Below are positions 1-13,823 of a DNA stretch of 64,000 bases, piece after piece (position 1 is the stretch's first letter; every line of letters begins with the position of its first letter). This DNA is from Felis catus (Eukaryota): positions 47,492,001 to 47,556,000 of the forward strand of contig NC_058374.1 in NCBI RefSeq assembly GCF_018350175.1. The letters are read 5' to 3'. The translations under genes and the position numbers were made by a program. The notes beneath the pieces were generated by a model. The model worked only from the letters and a program-made list of their open reading frames with translations, was not told the origin of the DNA and made no database searches.

Positions 1-568
1 TACCGCACCTGAACTGATGTAAATGAGGTGCTTTTGGAAAGACCCCCGAATAACCACGGGGTGGGTGGGGGTTGGTTGCCAGGGGAGCCAACCTTGTGAC
101 TGGTGGGCTGGATCTTTCAGACCCACCTTCCTCCCACCTCCATCTCTGGGAAGAGGAGAGGGGCCAGAGATGGACTTAATCACCCATGGCCAATAGTAAT
201 CAGTTATGTCTACATGATGAAGCCTCCCCAAAGCCTGAGACGATGGTGTTTGGAGAGCTTCTGGGTTGGTGAACACCTGGGGGTGCCTGGAGAGGGCAGA
301 GGAGCTCGGCGCCCTTCCGCACAGCTGGCCCCACACATCTCCTCCATCTGACTGTTCCTGACTTACGCGGGGGCAGTCTTGTGGGACTGAGCCCCTAACC
401 TATGGGATCTGATGCTCTCTCCAGATACATTGTATCAGAACGAAACTGAATTGTGGTATTCCACAGCTGGTGTCACCCAATTGCTTGACGAGTGGAGACC
501 CACACCTCTGGTCACAGAAGTGTTTTGTGTTGTAGTAGAGGAGAAACACAGGAGTGTTTTTCCTAAAC
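1..568 (+). mobile_element. MER21-like (ERVL) LTR
   Basis: Recognisable blocks GGTTGCCAGGGGAGCCAACC, GAGAGCTTCTGGGTTGGTGAACAC, GTCTTGTGGGACTGAGCCCCTAACCTATGGGATCTGA, TGGTCACAGAAGTG. Confidence 0.75.
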
Positions 569-3500
569 GGGAGAGGTGGGGGTGGGGTTAAATAGGAATA
601 TCTGCCTGAAAGTGGGACCTTATCTGCTGTGACCGGGGAATAGTGGATAAATCAAATAGGCTTCAGCTCAGACTGTGTAAGGGAACACTAGACAAGGAGG
701 CTGGAAAGTAAAGCCAGACCATAATGTCAGGGGAAGTGCTCCCATTTCATGCATAGGCAGTAGGGAGCCATAGCAGGCTTATGGTGGGGAATGGCCAGGG
801 TTGTGTGGCATTGTGAGGTCAGCCTAGCAGGTCGGTCTGAAGGAGGGATTGGAGTGAGGAGCTCTGAGGCGAGAGGATCCTTCAGGACGCCATTGCCAGT
901 GTCCCAAGGAGATCAGAGGGCCTGACCAGACTAAGGCGGAGCAGCGCGGGGTGCATTTAGACAGTGTTCACAAGCAGATTTGCTAGAATTCGGCAACTGA
1001 TCCGTGTTGGGTAGGGACTCGGGAAGAGGCAAGGATGACCCAGGCTTTGGGGCCAGAGGCTCAGGAGAATAGAAAGGTGCTTAAGGAGTGAGAGCTTACA
1101 GGGAAGGGGGATGCGTTTTTTTCAAGGAGCCTGTTTGCAAGCTGCAGTCAGCTGCCCTCCTCGTTGTGAGGGAAGGCCTCAGGAGGAGGCTGCTAAAGTA
1201 AGTAATTTTTCCCGTTCTGCCCATCCCGTCTATGATGTTGCAGACCACCTGGGATACAGAGCTACACAAAATGGGATGCTAGGCAGAACATGGGTCGCCT
1301 CGGGCAAGTCCTTGTACCAACGAATGCCTCAGTTTTTCCCCTTTCTGCTGGAATCCGGTGAGGCTGACTTTCACCAGCCCACTCTGCAGCATGCACGTCT
1401 GAAGACAAAATGCTTGTTATGTGCATTGAACTCCTGGCCTAAAAGGAACTGTGGTGGAAAGAGCTGGCCTGTCCACACAAAAGGTTACATTAGATGCATT
1501 AGTAAATGTCCTGCTGGGCTATTCATACCGGGAGGAAGGGCAGGGGTGGGGTGGGGATATCTCCGAATAAGGCTGCATTCCAGCCCATGGAGTCACGCTC
1601 ACCCCAGGGATGGTGCTTCTGCTGCCCTTCTGGTCCTTTGTGTGCAGCTGTCCTTTTGCTCTTGGCCCTCAGCGGCTCTGCTCTGTTCCTGTGCAGAAGG
1701 CTCGGGCCCACCCTCACCCCCCAGGCTCCATCAGGGAAGGGTCACATTCGTGAGAGGACCGGAGGGGCACTCAGTGGGTCTGAGAGACGCAGGCTGGAAA
1801 GCGCTGGGACACTGGGGCATTGCGGGGACCTGAGCAAGGCAAAGTTACTATTTTTCCCTTCTTGAACATCCAAACACAAAGCTACCTGTGGCACCTAGAT
1901 TGCAAAGGCTAACTGGACCTATTGGCTTTGGGTAGCTGGGGACAGAACGGGGATTCTTATGGGTTGAATGCCACCTGTCTGGACCCAGGCCCACGTGAAT
2001 GCAGTAGCCACTGTGCAATGGAGGCTCATGGGACAGTGCCTATTACTTTCTCACGTGATACAGGAGAGTAGAGATTTTTGCCCTCCACCACAGAGGTGGC
2101 AAAAAAAAAAACTGGAAACATTAACAGTAGCCTGAAAACCAGGGCTCTAATCTCACTGGAAGAGTGGCTGAGGAAGCTCCCGCAGATCGAAGGGATCATG
2201 GGTCCAGGCTGCGGGTGCAGAAGCCAGTGTGAGAGGTGATTGTGGTCTTTCCTGAAGCATCCACGCGGTTGACGCGACTCCAGGCTTAGGATATGGCTCT
2301 CTGTTTTTATGGGCCAGCAGTCCCAGGGCAAGAAGTTGGCGGGGAGAGCCGGGTTGGCCTCCTGGAAGTCACGCGGGGGTGACAGCCTGCACTAACATGG
2401 AAAACATTCCCTTGAGGTCACGGTGCCTGCCAGTCTGGAGAACTGCCGTCATCTTTCCCAGGGCTCCTCATGGTGACGCTAAGCCTGGAGCACATCAAAG
2501 ACGCAAATTAAGGACGGAGAGAAAGGTTTGGATTGAAAATAGAAACTTGACCCATGTCTGACATTCACCTTCATGTGGAAAAGGAGAGGAAGATTTGGCT
2601 TTCTGTGTTTCTGTTTTGTTTTGTTTCGTTACTGGGAAGGGCGACTTAATCATAGGGAAGGGTGTGTGTCTGTGTCTATATTTGGTTTCACTCTGCCCTC
2701 CCTCTGCCAATCCTCACAAAATCGTGTAGTGAAGCATTCGATCTTTTTTCCAAACTCTCTTGAGAAGGTCTCTTCCCCAAGTGAGTGGTTCCCTCTGCCT
2801 CTCCCCTCCTCTCAACTATTTTTGCCATCCGTCCCTTGCAACCTGCTTCTCTGATGTTGACCCTGGCAGGTAAAAGCTCCATGGCTCTGAGCCCACAGAA
2901 GACATAGCAGGGTGCACGAGCAATGGTGGTGGGTGAAGCAGGGACCTTCATCTTCTGAGCATTAGGGGCCGAGGGCTTGGCACCCATGACAGTGCACCGT
3001 GGGAGCATCTCCATGGCCAAAGCTGGGTTTGGGGAGGGTGATGTGAATTCCTCCAGTTGGCTACGTGGCAGCCTAGAGGTTTCCTCATCCATTTTTCTTT
3101 ACCAGTTAGATAGTCACAGCAGCGAGTTGTGGTATGATGTGGGAGAGAGAAGATTGCCACCCTATAGGCTCTAGAGGATGGTTCAGAACCAGTGTAGAGC
3201 CTGAAATACCAGAGATTACAGCAAGGCAGTGCCTCAGCAAGAGCCTGGTACGTTTTCCTGCCTGTGAGGGAAACATCTGTACTTGACTTAGCAGGATGGC
3301 GAGGGAGCGACACTGCAGTCAGGGGCTCTGGTACAGGCTCAGCTTTGTGGGAAATCAGATCGCAGACCCTCAGAAGTGTGGCTAAAAGGCAGCCTTTGCT
3401 TTGGAATTTCCTCAGATGTATCTGTGAACGAGAGAGCAGCACCGTGACACCACGGCGGCATGGATGGAGAGCCAATCGTCAAGTTTTGTGGGTTCATCCA

Positions 3501-3724
3501 ATTCAGTTCTTGGTGGTAAATGTTTAGAAAGGATCTGCCAAGTCGTTTTCTTCACTTGAAGGTTTCGTAAAAGTGAGTAAACCAGAGTCATAAGGAAGGC
3601 TGTGCATCTGTCTCTATATTTGGTTCCATTTTACCTTCACTTCTGTCACATCAGTCTCGTCACCTTATGTTACATTTTTCTTTCCATAAATGTCTGCAAT
3701 TATCTGTGCCAATCACCACAAAAG

Positions 3725-3915
3725 TAGCAGGGTGCAGTGGAGAGAGTGCTGGGCTTGGAAAACCCGGAATCTACTTTTTACTCACTTCATGACCTTGGGA
3801 AGGTCACTTTCCCCACAGTGTTCTCATCTGCAACATGATAATAATACTATCTGCCTCCCTACTTGTCAGGGATGGTATGAGACTCAAAAAGGCAACTACA
3901 TGGAAGCACTTTCTC
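3725..3915 (+). mobile_element. MIR SINE
   Basis: TGACCTTGGGAAGGTCACTT...CAGTGTTCTCATCTGCAACATG core. Confidence 0.6.
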
Positions 3916-4247
3916 TTCCCAAGACACCTACTTCTATCCTCCTCTCTACCCTTATCAACCTCCCAATTCCAGAATTCTCTACATGATTACATATGAATGC
4001 ATCTATTTCTCACTTCAAATCAGGTACGGTTTTCACAATCTGTTGTGGAGGCATTCTTCAAAATGAGTCTCTCTGGAAGAGAACCTCTTCTCTGAAATTA
4101 ATGCATCCATTCCAGACTCAAAGGCTCATCTGTTTGGGGCCAAATGCAGAGGGCACAGGTAGCATCCTGCCTGGAAGTCAATCCCCAGGTTTGCTGGGGC
4201 CACATATGACTTTTCAAGACTCCACCCAAGCAAGTAGGAACACAGGA

Positions 4248-4361
4248 GTTCCTTGAGGGCAGGACCTTCTTTTCTGTTTTGCAAGCTCCTGAATCTTTCA
4301 CTCCTAGAACATTGTCTAGCACATAGTCGACACTCAGTAAATATTTGGATGAATGAATGAA
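4248..4361 (+). mobile_element. L2 3' end
   Basis: CCTTGAGGGCAGGACC...CTAGCACATAGT...CTCAGTAAATATTTGGATGAATGAATGAA. Confidence 0.7.
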
Positions 4362-5084
4362 AATAAGTAGAATAGAGGAAGCTCTGCCTTTCCCCTATCA
4401 TCTTCACATAGGACTTGCCCAGGAATCATCTCCACAGCCCCAAAACCATGTTTGTAATCATTGTTAACTTGGAGCAGACCAGCCTTACCAAAATCTGCCA
4501 AGTTTACCCTAATCAACAGAGACACAGACAAAATAAATATGATTTCCTTATCTCTCCCCCCACCACCACAATCATCAGAATAAATATAACAGATAAAAAC
4601 ATGTAAGCATCTACTCATGTAAATTATATTATTATTGAATAAGTTACATAGAAAATTAATTATGAATTATATATTATGTAACTAATATTATGTAAATATA
4701 ATTATATAAAGTTGTCAGGGCGTATGTCTCCTAATTATATGCAGTTTGCAAATTAATTAACTTGAATTCTCCTACCGTTGTGATACAGCAATGAAAGCAA
4801 AACTAAAGTCCAACATTAACTGTGATAGAACAAATAAGTCTAGCTCAGGAGGTCTTTTCTTAAAGGCATCAATTGAAATGGAGCTCCATATTTGTTCCAC
4901 ACCCATGAGGTCTGTTTCCTGAAACATGACATCTGTTATTTGTATAACACAGACATGTTTATCTCGGCTTCACGGGGGAGCCTGTGCAAAGCTTTTCCTC
5001 CATCCCCATGTTGTGATCTGGCAGCTGGGCTAGAAAGAGAGTGAGTGCTTGGTGCTGAAAACAAGTTTTTCAGGTAACCCAATG

Positions 5085-5592
5085 TGGTCATCGGGGTTCA
5101 GTTAGGAAACAGAAACCACAGCAATAAACGGAATTGGGAAACTTTCAGTTGAAGAATTGTTTGCGGAGTAATTGTTTACTGGAAAGGTTGAAAGACAACT
5201 CTGCAGAGAAGGATGTCCACCACTTGCACGAGGGAAGAGTGCACAAGGAAATGACTCTATAGTTAGAGGAGAGCCCTGCAAGGCTGAATCAGCCGCTGTG
5301 GTGGGAACATGGCTGCTGCAGGAGCACACACTGGCTGCCTGTGAAGGAACTGGCTGGAGGAAGTTCTGGAACCCTGGGAACTGGCCACCAGTGTGGGACA
5401 CATTTAAGGGCCAGTTGCAGGAAGAGAAGCTCGTCCACCAGCCTCCCAGTGTCCCTCTAGCACCCTCTATTGGCAGAGCCTAACGTCAAGAGGCAAAGGA
5501 GAAAGGAAACTTGCAGAGACCAACTCTAGTATCACAAAGCCGGGCAAGCAAGGGTCCATGGGGAACCTGGGGGCCCAACTTAATAACTGACA
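5085..5592. mobile_element. Ancient LTR (LTR78-like, family tentative)
   Basis: GGAAACAGAAACCACA start; GGCAGAGCCTAAC...GGCAAAGGAGAAA...TTGCAGAG...ATCACAAAGC...TTAATAACTGACAC end. Confidence 0.4.
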
Positions 5593-8395
5593 CCTCCCCA
5601 AAGGACATATGGGGCAAAAACTATTTCTGGGTTTTATATATTCTGGCCACTAATCCTTTTTGTATTCACTGCGCCATAGAGGTTTTGTTCCATTGTCTCC
5701 CCCATCTGATGGCTCTGATTTTATTTTTTATGGCATTAAATGAAATCACCTTGGTACCTTGGCTCCGTATTAGCATCATCCAATGAGCTTTTACAAAATA
5801 CTGAGAACTTAGCAACTGTATTTTAAAAATCTTCTCAGGTAACTCTGATTTGCAGCCAGAGTTGAACATCTCTGGGCTAGGTGTGGCAAGAAGGCAGGTT
5901 GGCACACAGATAATATGACTTTGGGTCCGTGTAGGCCTCCAAAGGCTCTCTAGTGGAAAGGTTCTGGGGTAAGATGGATCTGTTCCACCTGTGCAACTCC
6001 AGGCAAATTAAATACCCTCCCTAAACCCCAATTTCCTTCTCTGTAAAATAAGAGATGGGGAGGGAAATGTGACCTGTCTCCGCATTAACATGAAGAGCAA
6101 ATGAAATAATATATGTGACGTATTTAGCACAGGGCTGGTAATTATTAAGTATTCAATAAATGATATTTATAGTGACAGAGATGATGACTGTTTTCACTTG
6201 CAAAGATCATTTGTGTATGACTTTCTCTGAATGGCAACCAACTGTGACACTTTGGACAAAGCAGGATGTTACAGTGTCTAAAGGGACACGTTTTGCGAAG
6301 ATGGATGCCTTAGTAAGTATAAGTAGCTAATTGTAGGGTATCAGAAACAGACAAGTGATTACCAAGCTGCTACTAGACATAATAAGATGGTGTTACATTT
6401 GTCCAGAGTACTCCGCAGTTTCCAGAATCACTTTTGCTTATTTTCATTTCATTTCCAGAATTCACTCCTTTTAGTAGCTTAGTAAAGCTGTTTGACTTCA
6501 TGGTGAAAGTGGGGTGTCTGGGATGGGTTTTGTTGGTTTTAAACTGACGATCTTTTACTTAAGAGTGCTGAGATAAATTTCTAGGCCTAAGAGGGAGTCT
6601 CTCCTGCCTGGGATGCCACGAAAGCAAACCAAAACTCAGATAAAACTTTGTGTCCCCGTAAATCCTCTGCTTGACCAGAAACACAGCATATCCAGTCAGC
6701 CGACCCCCAAATGCCATGCCAGTTCTGGGCTCTGTACTTACCCCTTTGCTCCTTACTCTTTGTCCTGTACAAGCTTCCTGTCTTCTGGCCCAGTCTGCAG
6801 GCCTCTGGACCCTTGGGAATGGAGACTGCCCACTTCGCAAAGTGTTAAGTTTGTATCACCTACATGGTCTTCTTTAATCATTTTAAACAACAACTGTGTG
6901 GTTTTGGGCAAGTTGATGGATCTCTCCAAACATCAAGAGCAACATTTATGAAATGGAGTTATTAAGAGGATTACATGAGGTCATGAATGAATAGGCCTGG
7001 AAGATAATAGATACACATTAAATGATAGTTTATTTCAGGTGTAACTTGAAGGAAAAACACCCTCTCCTTTGGCATCTGAGGGGTTTCTTGGATAGGCTAA
7101 AACTTGCGCTGCTGTGTGCTTTGGGATGAAGGAAGGATATACCCAAATATTAAATTTAATATCAAAAAAAAAAGCAAAAGGGAGAGAGAGAGAAACTTGA
7201 CATTCAAAGCTTTTGTGGGTGTGTGTATTTGAACGATGTAGGTGGTCTACATGTGTAGAGGGCCGTTCTATTAGTCATTGGTGGGAGAGAGCAGGAGAAA
7301 AATCACAACACTGCCACTGCTTTGCTCTGAAACGAGAAATGCTATATCCATGATAGAAACACAACTTCTTTGAATATGCTGCAGCAGTTAGGAGGAAGGA
7401 CTAGTATATGCATGCGCATCAAGGGGAGGTGTTAGGGAAGGGGCGGGGAGTGTTGCAGAATTAACTAGCTTTTAAGGTGTGACAGGTGATGAGAAATGAC
7501 GAGGATCATGCTAAACTCAAGAGCTAACACTATCCAGAGGCATCCAAGTTTCAATATTCAAAAGCTGTGCCAATAAAAAAAAAAATCCAGTTTCCTGCTG
7601 GAATCAGCCTGCAGGGCTCCTAGTTTTGACTTTTAATTTAGACTCCATTATCTGTGGGATGATAATGGGGGTTCCTACTGGTCAACCTGAAAAACCATCC
7701 CCCTATTCTAGTGGGGGAAAGGACGACTGGCTTTGGAGAACTGAGGCCCACCTTCGGTCATCCTGATGAAGCTCCCTGTGAGGTCAGACTGGTTGAATTA
7801 CTATGATTATAAGCATGTTCTGGGGGGATTACAATGCCCTAGGGATTGTCCGGCAGGTGGGAAGGGGCTAATTCCTAGGTAAAGAACATCATCAGTTAGG
7901 ATAAGTTTCCCAAACCGAGGGGACGCAGAATCAGAACTCCAGCTATGAAAGGTTGAAAAAAGAGGTGCATCCTTAGAAGGTCATTGTGGAGTAAACCCAG
8001 GAATTATGATATATCCATAGTCTCTTATTATAGGCTTAGCTTTTTGAGTTTCCTTCTATGATCATGGGAGGAGTCATATTAAATGTCCGTCTCAAATTTA
8101 AAAATTTGTATGTAGAATTTCCTTTAGACAGACTAACTTTTCAGTAGAGCTACATGTAGCCATGTATTGTGGCAGGATGCAAAACTAGAGAACTGGATTG
8201 TAGCAGTACACTGAACCTTCCCTATATTCATTCTGCAACTCCAGAAGAAGAGGAAAGAGGTCCAGGAATTCCAGAGAGTGACCACCTGTGGAGTGGTGGT
8301 CTAGAGTGAGGTTGAGAATGACCACAGACGATAGCTGCAGCGTTGAGTTGAATGAGAATATGAAAACTCCTTTCTCCAAAATACACTGACAGTGG

Positions 8396-9007
8396 TAGTG
8401 GTTCTCATTCTGGCTGCATGTTAAAATCACCGGGGGGGGGGGGTGTGGTTTTATTTATTTATTTTATTTTTTATTTTTTATATTGAATAGAATTTATTGT
8501 CAAATTGGTTTCCGTACAACACCCAGTGCTCATCCCAGCAGGTGCCCTCCTCCATGCCCATCACCTACATTCCCCTCCCGCCCACCCCCCATCAACCCTC
8601 AGTTCTCAATATTTAAGAGTCTCTTATGATTTGCCTCCTTCCCTCTCTGTAACTTTTCCCCCCCTTCCCCTCCCCCATGGACTGCTGCCAAGTTTCTCAG
8701 ATCCACATGTGAGTGAAAACATATGATATCTGTCTTTCTCTGCCTGACTTATTTCACTTAGCAGAATACTCTCCAGTTCCATCCACGTTGCTACAAATGG
8801 CCGGATTTCATTCTTTCTCATTGCCAAGTCGTGTTCCATTGTATGTATAAACCACATCTTCTTTATCTGGGGGGTGGTTTTAAAATGCTCAATGCCCAAG
8901 CTGCATCCTAGAATAACTGAACAGAATCTTCGGAGGATGAGACCCGGGCATCAACATTTCAAAAGCATCCGGATGACTCCAATATGCAACCAACATTGAG
9001 AACGCTA
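8396..9007. mobile_element. MER5-type hAT-Charlie MITE split by an L1 insertion
   Basis: Left arm AGTGGTTCTCATTCTGGCTGCATGTTAAAATCACC; right arm ...CAGAATCT...GGCATCAACATTT...GACTCCAATATGCAACCAACATTGAGAAC. Confidence 0.7.
8454..8867 (-). mobile_element. 5'-truncated carnivore/felid LINE-1 (ORF2 C-terminus, 3' UTR, A-rich tail)
   Basis: ORF 8624..8899 gives IKKMWFIHTME...FVATWMELESILLSEISQAEKDRYHMFSL (L1 ORF2p end). TSD core GTGGTTTTA at 8445-8453 and 8874-8882. Confidence 0.92.
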
Positions 9008-10619
9008 GGTAACTTTTGTCAGGGGACAAGCAGGCAAGTTGACATCAGGGTTTAGAGGTAAGACAACTGAAGTCCGCTGAAGTTGAAAAATCTGTTAAAG
9101 ACCGCAAGTGATAGCTTTGGCATAAGTTTTTTGACAGGCTCCGAGACTCTGTGTCAGAACTGCCTTTCTGGTGGTCTTTCCTGTTCTCTTGTTTCATTCT
9201 AGAATTTCGCAAGAAGTTGCTTCCTGGGAATAAATTATATTTTTGAAAGGATTATTTGGGGTTTGTAAAAGGATGAGAATAGACACATTTAAGCCAAATG
9301 ATCAGGGTAAATATTCAAGTGACAAATGCAGAGAAATATCAATCCTGAAGTAGTCTGGGAAGCCTGTCTTTCAGGGACAGTTAGTTGGCTGAGGAGGACA
9401 TACTGGGTGTCCCTTTAGCCTGCTTTTGTTAATAGTTCCTTACAGTAGAACTCATGGTGGCATAGGGATGTGAAGAATACAGGTGGTCTGAGCTATTTTA
9501 AGAGCCCCAGGCGGTGGGTGAGGCAGGTAGCATAAAAAACAGACACCTGCCACAGGTTTGAATATTCCTACAGGGTGATCTGATCAGGTGAGTCTATCTG
9601 TTTTGTTTTGTGGTTTTTTTTTTTTTTTGAGATGCTCTGGTCATGATCAAAGCTTTAACTATGTCCTTACTGGGGGTTCCCGCCAGGATTCAGATACCTT
9701 ACTCTTAAGCTTCCCTCATTTAAAACCAGACTCAAGATTTGAGTGGAAGTCTTGTCTCTCCCAACTTGTTTTAAAAACAAGTCTCAGATTTTTAAGTTGA
9801 ACCTACTGTACAACTTTCATATTCTTGTTAAAGCAATTCTATGGCCCAAGGACAACTTGGGATTTAAAGAAATATCTCTGTAAGTGAAGAGAATTACTAC
9901 ATCTGGGAGGAACTCTGGATTTATGTCAATGTTTGTCTACTTCCAGGTATGTTCAGAAAGAAAGGAAACTTTTGTTGTTGTTGTTTCAGTAGAAAAGAAA
10001 ATATAGGAGGAGCCCTTACAGAGAATCCCCCTGAGACAATAACTCTGAAAAGACAATACATCATCCTGGAAGATGCCCTGAACCAGGGATCAGAAGTGCT
10101 GGATTCTAGCTGGGACTTGGCCACACATGAGTTCATTGAGGCTCCTTAGCCATAAAATAGGGTTCTCTGCAAAGTCCTTCCAGGTACTAGGATTATAGGA
10201 GGAACACATGACTCTTAACAAAGTGATGTTGGAATGTGCCTTATGATTTCCATTTGCAAAACTAAATATATCTATGCTATTTTCTTTTATTACCAGAAAT
10301 ATCACTTAACTTGAGTAATTCAGAAATCAAGAAGAGAAATAATCTGGCACCTATATATACAGTCAGTAACAGAGTGGGGACTAGAGGAAAAAAGAAGGCT
10401 ATTCAGGTACATGTAATAGCTCAAAGGACAGGTTAGAAAGCCAGACCAAGTCTTTGTTTCTTGTCTTGGCTGTGGGAAGAGCTGAGTCACGTTGTGACTA
10501 GATCCATATTGCTTTGTCCATATGGAAGATGTATGTGACTAGCTAATTCTTTTAAATGTACTGCACATTGGTGACAATGAGGTCCAATTTGCTCTCTTGA
10601 TACTTCTAAGCAATGGAAT

Positions 10620-11215
10620 AAGAATGCATTAAAGAGTAAGACAATTATCAATTTACAGGAAATACATCGGACAGAGGAACATGTTAATCATTACCATGAG
10701 GATACCACCAGCAAAAACCAACTGTGGGAACCTCTACGGGATAAAAGACTCCATTTGTTCAACAAGTAAATTTCAAGATAAAAATAGAGAATTGAGGGGT
10801 GAACATATAGATTCAAACTGAAGTTGAGAAATAGCAACCAATTGTTTGGACCTTATTTAGCTTATGATGAAATAAAAACAACTATAAAACAGTGTTAAAT
10901 TTGAGACAATTAGAAATTTGAACAGCAACTAGATATTTGCTATCACAGAATTGTTGCTAAGGTTTGATGTCATACTGGTACTGTGGTTACTCTAGAGTCC
11001 TTAATTTTTAGAGATATATAGTGAAATATTTATAGAGTGAATTATACAATTATGGAACTTGCTTCTAAATAATATGGAGGAAAGGGATAGGATATGGTTG
11101 AAACAGGACCAGCATAACTTGGTAATTGTTGGAGCTGGGCCATGGACACAGGGAGTTCATTATACCACTTGGTCTACTTTTGAATATGTTTAACATTTTC
11201 CATGCTGAAAAGACA
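10620..11215 (+). mobile_element. Old L1M (L1MC-like) 3' fragment
   Basis: GTTGGAGCTGGGCCATGGACACAGGGAGTTCATTATACC...TCTACTTTTGAATATGTTTAACATTTTCCAT. Confidence 0.65.
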
Positions 11216-11509
11216 AAAAAGGTAGATGACAGTTATTACAGAGGGAAGAGTCTTACAGAAACTAAAAAATGGCGCTACGATTACAATCATTTAATTTCGC
11301 CCAACCCCCTACCAAGAGAGCACAGCATCAGCTAGCAGAAACAGATTCCCAACTCAACCAGAGTCATGAGTCCAGACTACTACTGACAACCAGAAATTGA
11401 CTAGAAAATAAATTTTTCCCCACCAACATCTTGTTATGATACATTTTTCTAAGCCAAGTAAAGAAAGCACAAAGACTACCCCTGCCCTCCCAAAAAAAAC
11501 TCTGATTCT

Positions 11510-11894
11510 NNNNNNNNNNNNNNNNNNNNNNNNNNNNNNNNNNNNNNNNNNNNNNNNNNNNNNNNNNNNNNNNNNNNNNNNNNNNNNNNNNNNNNNNNNN
11601 NNNNNNNNNNNNNNNNNNNNNNNNNNNNNNNNNNNNNNNNNNNNNNNNNNNNNNNNNNNNNNNNNNNNNNNNNNNNNNNNNNNNNNNNNNNNNNNNNNNN
11701 NNNNNNNNNNNNNNNNNNNNNNNNNNNNNNNNNNNNNNNNNNNNNNNNNNNNNNNNNNNNNNNNNNNNNNNNNNNNNNNNNNNNNNNNNNNNNNNNNNNN
11801 NNNNNNNNNNNNNNNNNNNNNNNNNNNNNNNNNNNNNNNNNNNNNNNNNNNNNNNNNNNNNNNNNNNNNNNNNNNNNNNNNNNNNNNNNNNNNN
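11510..11894. other. N-run, 385 bp
   Basis: Direct observation. Confidence 0.99.
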
Positions 11895-11987
11895 ACCAAA
11901 ACCCAAGAGAGAAAGGAAAAAATAAAAAGACCCAGTCATCCGCCCCCTCCCCCCACTCCAGAATCTCAATTGATCCCTGCACGTCCA

Positions 11988-12115
11988 NNNNNNNNNNNNN
12001 NNNNNNNNNNNNNNNNNNNNNNNNNNNNNNNNNNNNNNNNNNNNNNNNNNNNNNNNNNNNNNNNNNNNNNNNNNNNNNNNNNNNNNNNNNNNNNNNNNNN
12101 NNNNNNNNNNNNNNN
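11988..12115. other. N-run, 128 bp
   Basis: Direct observation. Confidence 0.99.
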
Positions 12116-13749
12116 GCCTCACAGAGTCAAGGCAAGCCTGAATCGTCTGTGTTTTCCCTGGGGAGCCTACTGCACTGGGAAAACTATGAACGTGTCCCCT
12201 CTGCTGTGTGACCTCAGGAGGGGGGCGGCTCTGAGTTTGCAACCCAACCCTACAGTGGATTCATATTTTGTGGTTTCCATCATCATCACCCCCTCACAAA
12301 TACATGTGTACGCACAGACTCACGGGCACACACGCACGCCAGTCATTGTGGCTAATGTAATTATGACATTGATGGAGCACTGAATCCTGTCAAGTGGAAG
12401 AAAAGAGATGTGCCCTTAGGGACGAGAGCTCATTGCCCTGTCCCGTCCCTTCTCTGTTCTCCACTGCAATATGCCGCGTAGCTCCCTGAAATGTTTCCGC
12501 AAGCATCAGGGCTACTCTGAAGTATTAACGCTGGGATGGTCATTGGGTAACAAAGCTCCTATGAAGATTTGCCCCTCACTTCCTGCAAATTTCCTTAACA
12601 AACAGGCGCGCACAATTAACCAGGTGCGGCAGGCAACCTGAACTAGGGGAAATCTGAGGCAGATAAATGGAAGCCATGCTGTTTTCCGCTCAACTTTGAA
12701 AGGTTGCACTCCCAGAGGCCAGAAAGCAGAGAGAGGGCATGATGAAACCATCCCTGGCTAGCTTCACTTGTTTCCTCCTCCCTCCTAAATGGGTTTCTGT
12801 AAGTCTTCAGTGCATAAAGGCCAGATATTCCCTTAAGTTGATTGCAATATCTTTTCAACACAAGAGCCAAGCATGGCATTCAACAAGCCAGGATGAACAC
12901 AATTTAGTCTTTTGGGGGAAAATGCCAGGCAGGAACAAGACTAAGCCAAGGGGTCCTTTTCCTGATGACAGAGAAGCTGCACTAGTAGCAGCCATCACTG
13001 TGACCAAATTCCTGCCCTGTTCCAGAATCTGTGGAGGCTTGGAGAACTAATGCACTAGAAATGGCTGAACAGCTTCTGTATCCTTTCAAATTATGAGAGG
13101 TACCCTGTGCAAAGAGCGCGGGAAATGAAATAGAATGAGCACACCATCTGTGTTAGAAGTATGTGGAATGTTCCTGGGGGTAGACTCTAGGTTGCTCTTG
13201 CTCAATCTCCAAAAGCCAACACGGTGGATTTTTATTCTTGCCTCCTTTCGTGAAATTTCTGATTTTTTCAGGCCCTTCCTATAAGCCTTCACTCATGCCC
13301 TTCATGCAGCCCCACTCAAAGTCCTTTTCCTAACTCTCTCTTGCTCTTTCAAACCTTTCCTTCAGGTCTTTTAAAGACTTTCAATCAATCTTCTATGCTA
13401 CTGTCCCCCTGGTCCTCTCTAACACAAGAAAATACTAAATAAAAATGATCAGCCAGAGAACACTTTAATTTAGCAAAACTGAACAGAAGGAGATCTGCTT
13501 TCTGATCCTTTTACTTTGATTTTTTTTTAAAAAAGATAAATGAGGAGAAAGGTGAACAAAGAATTATGATTCCCTTAGGAAAACTACCTTAGTTGGGAGC
13601 CTTGAAAATAGGACAAGATTTACTGTAAAAATATGCTTTTTCCAGGGCAAAGAGTCAAAATGTGGCCTCAACCCACAATCACATTTGCTTATGTCTAAAA
13701 AATATGCTACGGCCTACCAAAGAGGGCAACAGAGCTTTTAGTGTAAGTT

Positions 13750-13823
13750 AAAAAAACAAAAACAAAAAACAAAAGCAAAAGCAAAACAAAAACAAAAACA
13801 AAAACAAAAACAAAAACAAAAAC
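13750..13823. repeat. (AAAAC)n microsatellite
   Basis: Direct; reads (UUUUG)n in the GRIN2B sense. Confidence 0.9.

Noticed and set aside
1111-3527. Cluster of 120-240 aa ORFs
   Set aside because: No recognisable domain, overlapping in several frames, no exon structure; expected in moderately GC-rich intergenic DNA.
11354-12383. Long ORFs of 168-315 aa
   Set aside because: Open only because they cross N-runs.
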